Notes under the pieces: model-generated | Told to the model about the DNA's origin: nothing | What the model saw: the letters and a program-made list of their open reading frames with translations, nothing else | Databases searched by the model: none | Shown: piece after piece, positions 22,858 through 33,800 of the stretch | Layout: each line of letters starts with the position of its first letter | Numbering within the stretch: the stretch's first letter is position 1 | Made by a program: the position numbers and the translations under genes | From: Halarcobacter sp. | Lineage (GTDB): Bacteria; Campylobacterota; Campylobacteria; Campylobacterales; Arcobacteraceae | Assembly (NCBI GenBank): GCA_963676565.1 | Contig: OY781089.1 | Coordinates: 2,816,001 to 2,880,000, forward strand | DNA length: 64,000 nt | Direction: 5' to 3'

Positions 22858-24327
22858 TTGCTATTCAATAGTTATGAATTTATATTTATATTTTTACCAA
22901 TAACTTTTTTTATATATTTTTATTTAAATAGTAAAAGACTAACAGAAGTAGCTAAAGGATTTTTAGTATTTTCTTCATTATTTTTTTACTCTTATTGGGA
23001 AATTAAATATTTACCAATTATATTAGCATCTATGCTTTTTAACTATCTAATAGGAACAACTCTTTCTAAATATGATAGTAAAAAAAGCAAAAAAACATTT
23101 TCTAAAAAATATATTTTAATATTTGGTATTATTTGTAATGTATCATTATTAGGATATTTTAAATATGCAGATTTCTTTATTGAAAATTTTAATTTATTTA
23201 CTGGATCTGATATAGAATTATTACATTTATTACTCCCTTTAGCAATTTCATTCTTTACTTTCCAACAAATAGCTTATTTAGTTGATAGTTATAGAAATGA
23301 GACTAAAGAGTATGATTTTCTAAATTATGCTTTATTTGTAACTTTCTTTCCTCAACTAATTGCAGGTCCAATTGTACATCATAAAGAAATGATGCCTCAA
23401 TTTGCAAATATTAAAAATAAAGTAAAGAACTATAGAAATATTGCATTAGGTATTTTTATATTTTCAATGGGTTTATTTAAAAAAGTAGTTATCGCAGATA
23501 CCTTTGCAGTGTGGGCAAATGCTGGATTTGATATAGCAACAACTCTAAACTTCTTTGAAGCATGGGCAACCTCTTTATCATATACATTTCAACTATACTT
23601 TGATTTTTCAGGTTATACAGATATGGCTATAGGTATTGCTCTTTTATTTAATATAAAATTACCAATAAACTTTAACTCTCCATATAAAGCTTTGGATATT
23701 CAAGATTTTTGGAGAAGATGGCATATTACATTATCTAGGTTTTTAAGAGATTATATTTATATTCCATTAGGTGGGAATAGAAAGGGAGCAACAAGAACAT
23801 ATGTTAACTTATTAGCAACATTTGTGATAGGTGGTTTTTGGCATGGTGCGGGATGGACATTTATCTTCTGGGGGTTTTTACATGGTATTGCTTTAGCGAT
23901 TCATAGATTATGGCAAAATATAGGATTCAAACTTCCTAAAGTATTAGCGTGGTTTATTACATTTAACTTTGTAAATATAGCATGGGTGTTTTTTAGAGCT
24001 AAAGAGTGGGATGATGCTATTAAGGTTTTAAGTTCTATGTTTAGTTTAGACAATATTATTTTGCCTGAAAAATGGGAACGAAAATTTAATTTTTTAAATG
24101 AATGGGGTGTAGAATTTACTAAAGTATATGAAAATATCTCGGGAAAAGATAATACTACATGGTTTATACTCGTATCTTTATTAATCGTATTATTAATGAA
24201 AAATTCAAATCAGTATAAAATTGTTTTTAAAGCACAATTTCATTTATGGCTATTTTCAATAATAGCTTTAATGTATTCAATTTTTTCATTTTCCAAAACA
24301 TCAGATTTTTTATATTTTAATTTTTAG
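22858..24327 (+). CDS. MBOAT O-acyltransferase (AlgI/PatA/DltB family)
   Basis: LPLAISFFTFQ, DFSGYTDMA, DFWRRWHITLS, GFWHGAGW. Confidence 0.92.
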   Translation: MLFNSYEFIFIFLPITFFIYFYLNSKRLTEVAKGFLVFSSLFFYSYWEIKYLPIILASMLFNYLIGTTLSKYDSKKSKKTFSKKYILIFGIICNVSLLGYFKYADFFIENFNLFTGSDIELLHLLLPLAISFFTFQQIAYLVDSYRNETKEYDFLNYALFVTFFPQLIAGPIVHHKEMMPQFANIKNKVKNYRNIALGIFIFSMGLFKKVVIADTFAVWANAGFDIATTLNFFEAWATSLSYTFQLYFDFSGYTDMAIGIALLFNIKLPINFNSPYKALDIQDFWRRWHITLSRFLRDYIYIPLGGNRKGATRTYVNLLATFVIGGFWHGAGWTFIFWGFLHGIALAIHRLWQNIGFKLPKVLAWFITFNFVNIAWVFFRAKEWDDAIKVLSSMFSLDNIILPEKWERKFNFLNEWGVEFTKVYENISGKDNTTWFILVSLLIVLLMKNSNQYKIVFKAQFHLWLFSIIALMYSIFSFSKTSDFLYFNF

Positions 24328-24334
24328 GATATTT

Positions 24335-25186
24335 ATGAAATACAAATATTTTGCTTATTCAATAATTTTATTACCCCTTTCAATTTTTTTTATAATAGAA
24401 ACATATATTTATACTACTAGCGAAAAACTTGTATTTACAAATGCATTAATTGAATCAAGAAAATCAAATATTCAATGTTTAGTAATAGGAGATTCACATA
24501 TACAAAATGGATTTAGAAATAATTTAACAGGTTGTTATAACCTTTCTATTGGTGGATCATCATTACCGATGATAATAGATGCAGTAGAATCAGTTATTGA
24601 AAACAATCCATTAAAAGTTGTAATATTACCTTTAGAACCACATGATTTTTCAATATATAGACAACAAAACTATTCACCAATATTTAAAGATATTTCTAAA
24701 AACTTTAATCCTATATATAAACCTTTATTTAATACAATTCCTGTTAGAGAAGAAGTATTAAATTATATTGAAAGTAAAAAAGAAAATGATTTATGGGTTA
24801 ATTGGTCAAAAGACGAAAGACTAAAAAGAGTTGATAAAAGAATAAATATACATGCTAATTTAGAAAAATTTGAAAAATCTAATTATGCAAATGATTACAA
24901 AAAGTTAATTAAAACTCTAATTGAGAAAAAAATAAAAGTTTATTTAGTAAGAACACCTGTAACAAATTTGTATGATAAAAAAATGTTTGAAAAATTAAAT
25001 CCAATAAAATGGAATAATTTTGTAAAAGAGTTTACAAGTTTAGGTGCAGTTTTTATTGATTTTAGAAAAATAAATTTTGATAATAAAGATGATACAGTAT
25101 TTGTAGATGAAGATCATTTAAATGAAAAAGGTTCGAAAGCATATGTTAAATTAATTGAAAAAGCACTAGAAATCAATACTAAATAG
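24335..25186 (+). CDS. Membrane-anchored SGNH-fold partner of the MBOAT (AlgJ/PatB/DltD-like)
   Basis: N-terminal TM, IGDSH, DEDHLN; 7 bp after MBOAT. Confidence 0.7.
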   Translation: MKYKYFAYSIILLPLSIFFIIETYIYTTSEKLVFTNALIESRKSNIQCLVIGDSHIQNGFRNNLTGCYNLSIGGSSLPMIIDAVESVIENNPLKVVILPLEPHDFSIYRQQNYSPIFKDISKNFNPIYKPLFNTIPVREEVLNYIESKKENDLWVNWSKDERLKRVDKRINIHANLEKFEKSNYANDYKKLIKTLIEKKIKVYLVRTPVTNLYDKKMFEKLNPIKWNNFVKEFTSLGAVFIDFRKINFDNKDDTVFVDEDHLNEKGSKAYVKLIEKALEINTK

Positions 25187-26041
25187 TATCTTTTCAAAAT
25201 CTATTTTTTCATTTGTTTCTTCAACTATTTTTGCTAACTTATGAAATTTTGTATTTTCTTTTTTTGAATCTAAATCAATGATATTGATATTTGCTTTACT
25301 ATTTGCTTTTGCTTCACTTAGCATTGATGTAGAATCTATTGTAATATAAAGTTCCTCACAAAGTACTAAAAAGTCAGGTATGGGGTTTATATTTGGTTCT
25401 TTTGAAAAGATTAATTTATAATCAAAATTATAATTCTCAATCAAATCATCAATTTGTTTTGGTGTTCTTCTTGAAGTTGTAATATATTTTAAATCGTTTG
25501 GGTATCTTGCAAAGACTTCATCCAATGCACTTTTTATTTTTTCAATTTTCATTTTAAAAATATCATTATCTCCACCAATTATAATTCCAATTGCCTTTTT
25601 ATCACTTTCTTTTTTTAAAATATTTTTAGGAATTGAATAAGATAGATTCAAAGGTACTTCAATAATATTTTCCAGTTTTGGTGGATTATCATGACTTTGT
25701 GCAATTATATAATCAAAATCAGTGTATCTGTATGATTTTGGGAGCATTAAAGCAATAGATTTTATATCATATTTTTTTGAGATATACTTATTGAAATAAT
25801 AAGTTCCAGATCCAGTACTTATAACTGCATCATAAAACTCATAATTAAATTTTTTGTGGCTTAAAAATAAATTGTCTGTATAAAAAGATACTTTATCAAA
25901 AACATATGAAAAAAATTTAGCAATTTTTGAACAAAATTTTACTTCTAGAATATCATAACTAATATTTTTTATTTTACAAAAAGCAATAGATTGATTTAAA
26001 TGACCAGGCTTTCCATCACTAATTATTAGAATTCTTTTCAT
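25166..26041 (-). CDS. ELM1/GtrOC1-family putative glycosyltransferase
   Basis: SDGKPGHLNQS, IIGG, TTSRRTP, TIDSTSMLSEA; directly after lpxL. Confidence 0.8.
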   Translation of the reverse strand: MKRILIISDGKPGHLNQSIAFCKIKNISYDILEVKFCSKIAKFFSYVFDKVSFYTDNLFLSHKKFNYEFYDAVISTGSGTYYFNKYISKKYDIKSIALMLPKSYRYTDFDYIIAQSHDNPPKLENIIEVPLNLSYSIPKNILKKESDKKAIGIIIGGDNDIFKMKIEKIKSALDEVFARYPNDLKYITTSRRTPKQIDDLIENYNFDYKLIFSKEPNINPIPDFLVLCEELYITIDSTSMLSEAKANSKANINIIDLDSKKENTKFHKLAKIVEETNEKIDFEKILFSIDF

Positions 26042-26927
26042 AAATCTCTTTATAATAATTTTTAAATCTTTTGTGAGGCCAAAACCATTGTTTTGGATCG
26101 GCTTTTATTATATCAGATATTGCATTAGCATGCAATTGAGCCATTTTTTGAATATCATCTTTATCATCTTCAGTTTTTATTGGCTTTATTGGTTCATAAA
26201 TTTTGATTTTATATTTATAATTCTCTTTATTAAATATTGAAAAAGGAACTACATATGCTTGAAATTTTCTTTGTAATACTGCTGAAGTAGAAGACTGATT
26301 TGCTTTTTTCCCAAGAAATTTTATAACTGAACTATCTTTAGGACTTGCTTTTTGATCAATTATAAGTGAAACTATCTCTTTTTTTGTAAGTGCTTTGAAA
26401 AGTTGTTTTACAGCCCCTTTTCTAAAAACAATTTTAGCTCCCGAACTTTCCCTTGACTTCGTTATAAATTTATCAATTTCTTTAAAGTTTGATTCCCTAG
26501 CAACTTGCACCATTGGTGAAACAAATTTATTAAAATAGCACCCTAAAACTTCCATATTCCCATAGTGTCCAGATATCATAATAATAGGATGCCCTTCTTC
26601 TTGAAGTTTTTTGATTATCTCTATACCTTCAACTTCTACATCATTTTTAAGTTCTTCATCAGTAATTGTTAAATTTTCTATTTGAGATAAGACCCATAAA
26701 GTCATGTTAAAATAAGAGTACTTTTGAATCTCTTTTATCTCTTCATTTGAAAGTTTATTATCAAAAACTAAATCTAAATTAGCTTTGATAATTTTGTTAG
26801 TTCCTCTTGCAAAAAAGTATACAACTCTAGATAAAAAAAAGAAGAATCCTCTTCTTGATTTTTTAGGAAGAATTTGCATAAGTTTAACAAAAAGTAAAAA
26901 GAGTCTATAAAGAATCTTCTCTAGCAT
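26019..26927 (-). CDS. lpxL: Lipid A secondary acyltransferase (HtrB/LpxL)
   Basis: GHYGNME, IIDQ, PKQWFWPHKRFK. Confidence 0.88.
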   Translation of the reverse strand: MLEKILYRLFLLFVKLMQILPKKSRRGFFFFLSRVVYFFARGTNKIIKANLDLVFDNKLSNEEIKEIQKYSYFNMTLWVLSQIENLTITDEELKNDVEVEGIEIIKKLQEEGHPIIMISGHYGNMEVLGCYFNKFVSPMVQVARESNFKEIDKFITKSRESSGAKIVFRKGAVKQLFKALTKKEIVSLIIDQKASPKDSSVIKFLGKKANQSSTSAVLQRKFQAYVVPFSIFNKENYKYKIKIYEPIKPIKTEDDKDDIQKMAQLHANAISDIIKADPKQWFWPHKRFKNYYKEIYEKNSNN

Positions 26928-28392
26928 GAAAGTTTAACCTTAAGTTCTTTTGGAGTTTCAAGTTTTGCTATATCATTTTCAACTAAGAAAATTGGTTTTT
27001 CAAAACATATTTTTAGTTTATTATCTTTTAGCTTATAATTTAACTTTGGCATTGACATATCTTGATTAAGTGTGAGATTTAAACTTATCATGAAAGAAAG
27101 CCATTGCATATTTTCAAGAGAAGGAAGAAGGGTTTCAAAATGTTTCAAATCCCTTTTTGTTGGAAGTGATTTCTTTGAAAACTTAATTGTATGTGCAATT
27201 GTAACCCTACTTGAATGTAGAAACCCATAGTTTAAACCACTTAATATAAAATCAAAAGTGTTATCATTTGACTTATAAAAGTTAAGTGTTGTACCTAGTG
27301 AATTTAACTTTGAAGCAATTACTAAAAGAAGTCTATATCTATCATCTAAACCATGAACTGGCTTTAATACATCAAAAATATCCCTTGCATTTTTGCCTAA
27401 AAAAGCACTTTGTTTCTCATCAATTTGAAATCTATCAAGCAAACTTTTTACACTTACGTTAAAATTTGCTGGAAATTTATAATTTGAATTTCTTAATAAA
27501 TCAGTTAAATATACACCTTCTCTAACACCCGCTCCAGAAGTAACTACTCTTTTTATATTTAACTCATCTAAAATAGTTTTAAATATAAAAGTACCCTCTT
27601 TTATAGTATCAAATCTATCTTTTTTTATACCTATATATTTTAAAGTATTACTATTTTTAGCATTTACAATTTGCTCAAAAATATGTTTATTTAAATCAAC
27701 ACAATAAGTAAAACCATGTAGAATATCAAGTGGATAATGGGTTTTTGAGATAATAACCTTACTTAAGGCCCTAATACTTCCACCAATACCAACAACAGTT
27801 GAAGGGATTTTATGACCACACTCAAGTACCTCTTTTAATTTTCCTAAAAGATAATCTTTTGCACCTTCTATATTACCTTTAGAGAAAAAAAGTTCATTAA
27901 GTCTAACTGTTCCTACATCTAAGGAGATACACTTTTCTATTTGCCCATCTCTTACAATAGCAAACTCGGTTGAACCACCACCAATATCAACAGTAATAAA
28001 CTCATCATCATAAATTAAGTTCATAGCGGCAACACCACCATAATAAGCTTCTTTAACACCATTTATGATTTTAATATTTAAACCCAACTCATTTCTAACC
28101 TTTTTTAAAAAAAGATTTGAATTAGGCGCATCCCTTAATGCTGAAGTTGCAACACAGATAATTTTTCTAGATTTTAAAGATTTTGAAATACTTAAAAAAG
28201 ACTCCAAAGAGTTAAATGCTCTTTGCATTGGAAGTTCTTGAAGATTACCACCATTTTCGTAACAACCTTCAGATATTTTAACTCTTGCTTTTGTTTCATT
28301 TATAAGATTAAAAGCAAAACGACTACTTTTTTCAAGTACAACCATACGCATTGAGTTAGACCCAATGTCAATTATAGTTGTTACCTTAGCCA

Positions 28393-28393
<1 letters not shown>
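26921..28393 (-). CDS. ppx: Exopolyphosphatase Ppx/GppA
   Basis: IDIGSNSMR, ATSALRDA, DIGGGSTE, GVREG. Confidence 0.92.
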
Positions 28394-28680
<287 letters not shown>

Positions 28681-29424
28681 TTATAGCCTATTATTCTTAA
28701 TAATTCCTTTAATTTGTAATAAATTTTGCTCATTTTTAGAAACAATTAAGAAATCACTATCTTCGTAGGTAAAAAGGTCACAATTTATATGGTTTGCTGC
28801 AGCTATATCAAACTGTCTTAATTTACCTGCAAATATAACAAAACTAAAATTTCTTGCATTTGCTAAAGATAATGCAGCAGCACCTGGACTTCTAAATTTT
28901 AGTCTACTTTCATATAAATTTTTACAGATATTAGGATAAGCATAAGCCCGTTCAAATATTCCAAATGAAGGTTTAGAGACTTTTTGAAAAAAAATTTCAT
29001 CTTCATTTATTATTGAAATCTCTTTTATACCCCTATCAACTCGAAAAATCATACTTGCATTAACTAAATTAGTTACATACCCTGCTTTACTTTCATCATT
29101 TATAAATAAAGCAACAGAAGATCCATAGTAAGGTAGTGAGCTTTGAAAGTTGTGACTTCCATCAATTGGATCTATTACAATTTTTACATTTGAGTTTGAA
29201 GATAGGTGTCCTATCTCTTCAGAAAAGATATCACCAAATTTTTGAAGATGTTTAATAAATATTTTTTCAGCTTTTAAATCTATATTTAAGGAGTTATCTC
29301 CTCCATATCCTATTGTATTTGAAGGTTCTAAGTCTAAAGGAGTCATATGAGTATTAATATACTCATAAAGCTCCTTATTAGCTTTTATAACTGCATTTGT
29401 AAATGCGTTATAATCAAAGTTCAT
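28681..29424 (-). CDS. Inositol monophosphatase / FBPase family protein
   Basis: SEE, IDPIDGSHNF, FDIAAA. Confidence 0.8.
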   Translation of the reverse strand: MNFDYNAFTNAVIKANKELYEYINTHMTPLDLEPSNTIGYGGDNSLNIDLKAEKIFIKHLQKFGDIFSEEIGHLSSNSNVKIVIDPIDGSHNFQSSLPYYGSSVALFINDESKAGYVTNLVNASMIFRVDRGIKEISIINEDEIFFQKVSKPSFGIFERAYAYPNICKNLYESRLKFRSPGAAALSLANARNFSFVIFAGKLRQFDIAAANHINCDLFTYEDSDFLIVSKNEQNLLQIKGIIKNNRL

Positions 29425-29433
29425 ATTATTGAA

Positions 29434-30810
29434 TTAAGATAGTGTCTCAACTATCTTTTTAGCAGCTTCTCTACCATCAAGGGCAGCAGTAACTGCAAGG
29501 TGTGCACCTCTTTGACAATCTCCACCTGCATAAACTTTTTTATTTGAAGTTTGATAATCTTTTGTTTCAACTCCACCCCAAGAGTTTAATTCTACATTTA
29601 ACTCTTTTAAGAATGCAGGAGCTTCAGGAGAGAACCCTAAAGCGAAGATTACTACATCTACATCTTCAGTATATTCACTACCTTCAATTATTTCAACTCT
29701 TTGTCTTCCAGATTCATCTGGTTCTGAAAGTCCTGTTTGTAATAATTCAATTGAAACTGCTTTATCACCATCTTTGATGATTTTATTAGGACTTACATTA
29801 AATACAAATTCAACACCCTCTTCTTTAGCATTTACAACTTCTTTTTTACTTCCTGGCATATTAGCTTCATCTCTTCTATAAAGACATTTAACACTTGCAG
29901 CACCTTCTCTAACTGATGATCTAACACAGTCCATAGCAGTATCTCCACCACCTATTACAACTACATTTTTATCTTTAACATCAATAAAATCTTCACCAAC
30001 TTTGTTGTTAAGATTTCTTTTTTGAATACCAGTTAAAAAGTCCATTGCTAAATGAACATTTGATGCATCTTCACCATCTATTCTAGCAAATCTACCTGCT
30101 TTTGCTCCAATTCCAAGATAAATAGCATCAAACTCTTTTTCAAGTTCAGAAACATCTTTATCTTTTCCTATTTCACAATTTAAATGCAATTTCATTCCAG
30201 CTTCAAGTAACCAATTAATTCTTCTATCAACTGTAGTTTTATCAAGTTTAAATCCAGGGATTCCATACATTAAAAGTCCACCCGCTCTATCTTCTCTTTC
30301 AAACATTTCCACATCAAACCCTCGTCTAAGAAGGAAAGTTGCTGCTGAAATTCCAGAAGGTCCAGAACCAATAACTGCTACTTTAAAACCTAATTTTTTA
30401 TCAGTAAATCTAGGTTTCATACCATGTTCAAATGCTCTTTCATTTAAGTGAGTCTCAACTGCACCAATTGATACAGCTCCATGTCCTGTATTTAATGAAC
30501 ATGCACCCTCACATAATGAATCTTGAGGACAAATTCTTCCTAAGATTTCTGGGAAAGGAGAGGTTTCATTTGATAAAGCAAATGCTAATTCCATATTTTT
30601 TTCAGATGTTTGTTTTAACCATGCTGGAATAAAATTACTTAATGGACAACCAGTATGACAATATGGATCACCACATTGCATACATCTGTCAGCTTGTTCT
30701 CTAGCTCTATGTTTTTCAAATACTTGATAAACTTCATTATAGTCTTTTAATCTTTGTAAAACATCTCTTTTTTCCGGATTAATTCTTTCAAATTTAGTAA
30801 AATTTAACAT
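29434..30810 (-). CDS. gltD: Glutamate synthase small subunit
   Basis: RCMQCGDPYC, GRICPQ..LCEGAC, GGGDTAMDC. Confidence 0.95.
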   Translation of the reverse strand: MLNFTKFERINPEKRDVLQRLKDYNEVYQVFEKHRAREQADRCMQCGDPYCHTGCPLSNFIPAWLKQTSEKNMELAFALSNETSPFPEILGRICPQDSLCEGACSLNTGHGAVSIGAVETHLNERAFEHGMKPRFTDKKLGFKVAVIGSGPSGISAATFLLRRGFDVEMFEREDRAGGLLMYGIPGFKLDKTTVDRRINWLLEAGMKLHLNCEIGKDKDVSELEKEFDAIYLGIGAKAGRFARIDGEDASNVHLAMDFLTGIQKRNLNNKVGEDFIDVKDKNVVVIGGGDTAMDCVRSSVREGAASVKCLYRRDEANMPGSKKEVVNAKEEGVEFVFNVSPNKIIKDGDKAVSIELLQTGLSEPDESGRQRVEIIEGSEYTEDVDVVIFALGFSPEAPAFLKELNVELNSWGGVETKDYQTSNKKVYAGGDCQRGAHLAVTAALDGREAAKKIVETLS

Positions 30811-30811
30811 C

Positions 30812-33800
30812 CTAGTCTCCTTCCTCTGGATTTAGAGGTAACACCGTCATATTTTTTGGTTTAACCATCCAGAAATCTCTAATTTCTGCTCTAAAGTTTT
30901 CTAAAATTGATTCTGCTAAAGTAGACTCAGTTTCATTTAAATATTCCATCAATAATCTTTTTAAATAAAGTCTTTCTCTTTCAGTATCATCTGTATCGAT
31001 TCTAACTGCTTCAATTAACTCTTGATTCATTTTATCAACAAAGTGTTTTTCAGGGTCATAAACAAATGATAAACCACCAGTCATACCTGCACCAAAGTTA
31101 ATACCTGTATTACCAAGAATAACAACAATACCACCAGTCATATATTCACAAGCGTTATCTCCAGTACCTTCAACTACTGCAGTACATCCAGAGTTTCTAA
31201 CTCCAAATCTTTCACCTACAGCAGCTCTTACAAATAGTTTACCACCAGTAGCACCATATAAACAAGTATTACCAGCTCCTGCGAACTCAGGACCTTGGTG
31301 AGGAGTATTGATGATGATTTTACCACCATTCATCCCTTTACCAACATAGTCATTTGCTGCACCATCAAGGTATAAATTCATCCCTTTTGATAATAATGCC
31401 CCAAAAGATTGTCCAGCAATACCTTTTAAGAAGATATTAATAGAGCCATCAGGTAATCCAGCATCTCCGTAATATTTTGCAATTTCACCAGAAATTAATG
31501 TACCAAATGATCTATTTAAGTTAGAGATAGTCTCTTTAACTTTAATTGGAGTTTTTGGGTTTTCAATAGTTCTATGAACTTTTTTCAATAACTCTTTTTC
31601 AAAGTCATTAGAATCAAATGGTTTATTAGTTGGTTTTTGACAAGTATCAATTCCATCAATTCTTCTAAGAACATTTTGGAAATCAAATTTTTGTGCAAAT
31701 TTATCATCAATTACTTTTAATAAATCACTTCTACCAACAATCTCTTCAATTGTTTTGTATCCTAAAGAAGCAAGAATATTTCTAACATCTTGGGCAATAA
31801 AGTTAAAGTAAGAGATTAATCTTTCAACTGTTCCAGCGAAGTGTTCTCTTAAATCTTCATCTTGAGTAGCAACCCCAACAGAACATTTATTTGTATGACA
31901 AATTCTTAAAATCTTACATCCAAGCAGTGTTAATGCTGCAGTACCAAATGCATAAGATTCAGCTCCAAGCATTGCTGCTTTTACAACATCAAGACCAGTT
32001 TTTAAACCACCGTCTGTTTGAACATGAACGAACTCTCTTAAGTGATTAGCCTTAAGCGCATTATGTGCTTCAGAAAGACCCATTTCCCATGGATTACCAG
32101 TGTGTTTGATAGATGTTAAAGGAGCAGCTCCAGTACCACCATCAGCACCTGAAATTACAATTCTATCAGCATATGCTTTTGCAACACCTGCTGCGATTGT
32201 TCCAACACCAATAGTTGATACAAGTTTTACAGTAATTTTAGCTTCAGGATTAATTTGTTTTAAGTCAAAAATCAATTGAGCTAAATCTTCAATAGAATAG
32301 ATATCATGGTGTGGTGGAGGCGAAATAAGTGTAACACCTTCAACAGTATGTCTTAAGCTTGCAATTAGTGCTGTAACTTTGTGACCTGGTAATTGACCAC
32401 CCTCACCTGGTTTAGCACCTTGTGCAACTTTAATTTGAATCTCTTCTGCACTTCTTAAATATCCTGGAGTTACACCAAATCTACCAGAAGCAACTTGTTT
32501 AATTTTAGAATTTTTTAGTGTTCCAAATCTAGCTGGGTCTTCACCACCCTCACCAGAGTTACTCATACCACCAATTGTATTCATAGCCATTGCCATAGCT
32601 TCATGAGCTTCAGGAGAAATTGAACCACATGACATAGCTGCTGTTGCAAATCTTTTGAAGATATCTTCTATTGATTCAACTTCAGATACATCAATAGCTT
32701 CTCTATCTGAATTAAATTCAAAGAAATCTCTAATAAATTTTTTATCTCTGTTTGCAACAAGGTCTCTTAATGTATCAAAATCAGAAATATCTTCTTTATT
32801 TGCTGCTTTTTTATTATGCATTGCATTAGTTGTTGCTGGTCCATAATCATGGTATTCACCACCATTTGTATATTTATAGAAACCACCTAAATCTAATGGG
32901 AACATATGTTTATCATCAAAATAAGCATTAAAATGTTGTTTTTCAATTCTAGCTTCAATATCTTCATATGTTAATCCAGCTAAATCTGAATGTGAACCTG
33001 AAAAACAATCATTTACAATCTCATCACTTAAACCAATAATATCAAATAATCTTGAGTTTCTGTATGATGCAACTGTAGAAATACCCATTTTTGACATAAT
33101 TTTTAAAAGTCCAGCATTCATAGCTTTTTGTGTATTTTTTAGAAGTCTTTGCATCTCATATTTAGAGATCTCTTTTCTTTCATATAAAGCAACTGTTGAT
33201 GTATACATCATATAAGGACAAATAGCAGTAGCCCCATATCCTATTAAAACTGCTGCCATATGAGGATCATAAACTTCACCTGTTTGAGCTACAATTGATA
33301 CATTATGTCTAATTTTTTCTCTTATTAATGTTTCATTGATATATCCTACAGCCATAGCCATTGGAATAAGTTTATTATTTTCACTTACATCTTTATCATC
33401 TAAAATTACAACTGAAACATCATCTTCTTTAACAGCTTTTACAACATAAGAAGCCAATTTTTCTAATGATTTCTTTAAATCTTTTTTAAATGCTGTACTA
33501 AAAATTCTGTTTTTGTAGTATTTATCATATCTTGGAGATGTTGGCTCACCAAATGATCTTAAAACATCAAATTTTTCTTTCATTAAAATTGGAGATGCAA
33601 CTTTTAATCTTTTTGCATATTCTGGTTTTTCATCTAAAATATTATGAATATGACCAAACCCAGTTTCCAAAGACATTACAATCTTTTCTCTATATGGGTC
33701 AATTGGGGGATTAGTAACCTGTGCAAACTTTTGTCTAAAAAAGTCAGTAAAGTTTCTATTTACATTAGAAAAACATGCTAAAGGAGTATCATCCCCCATA

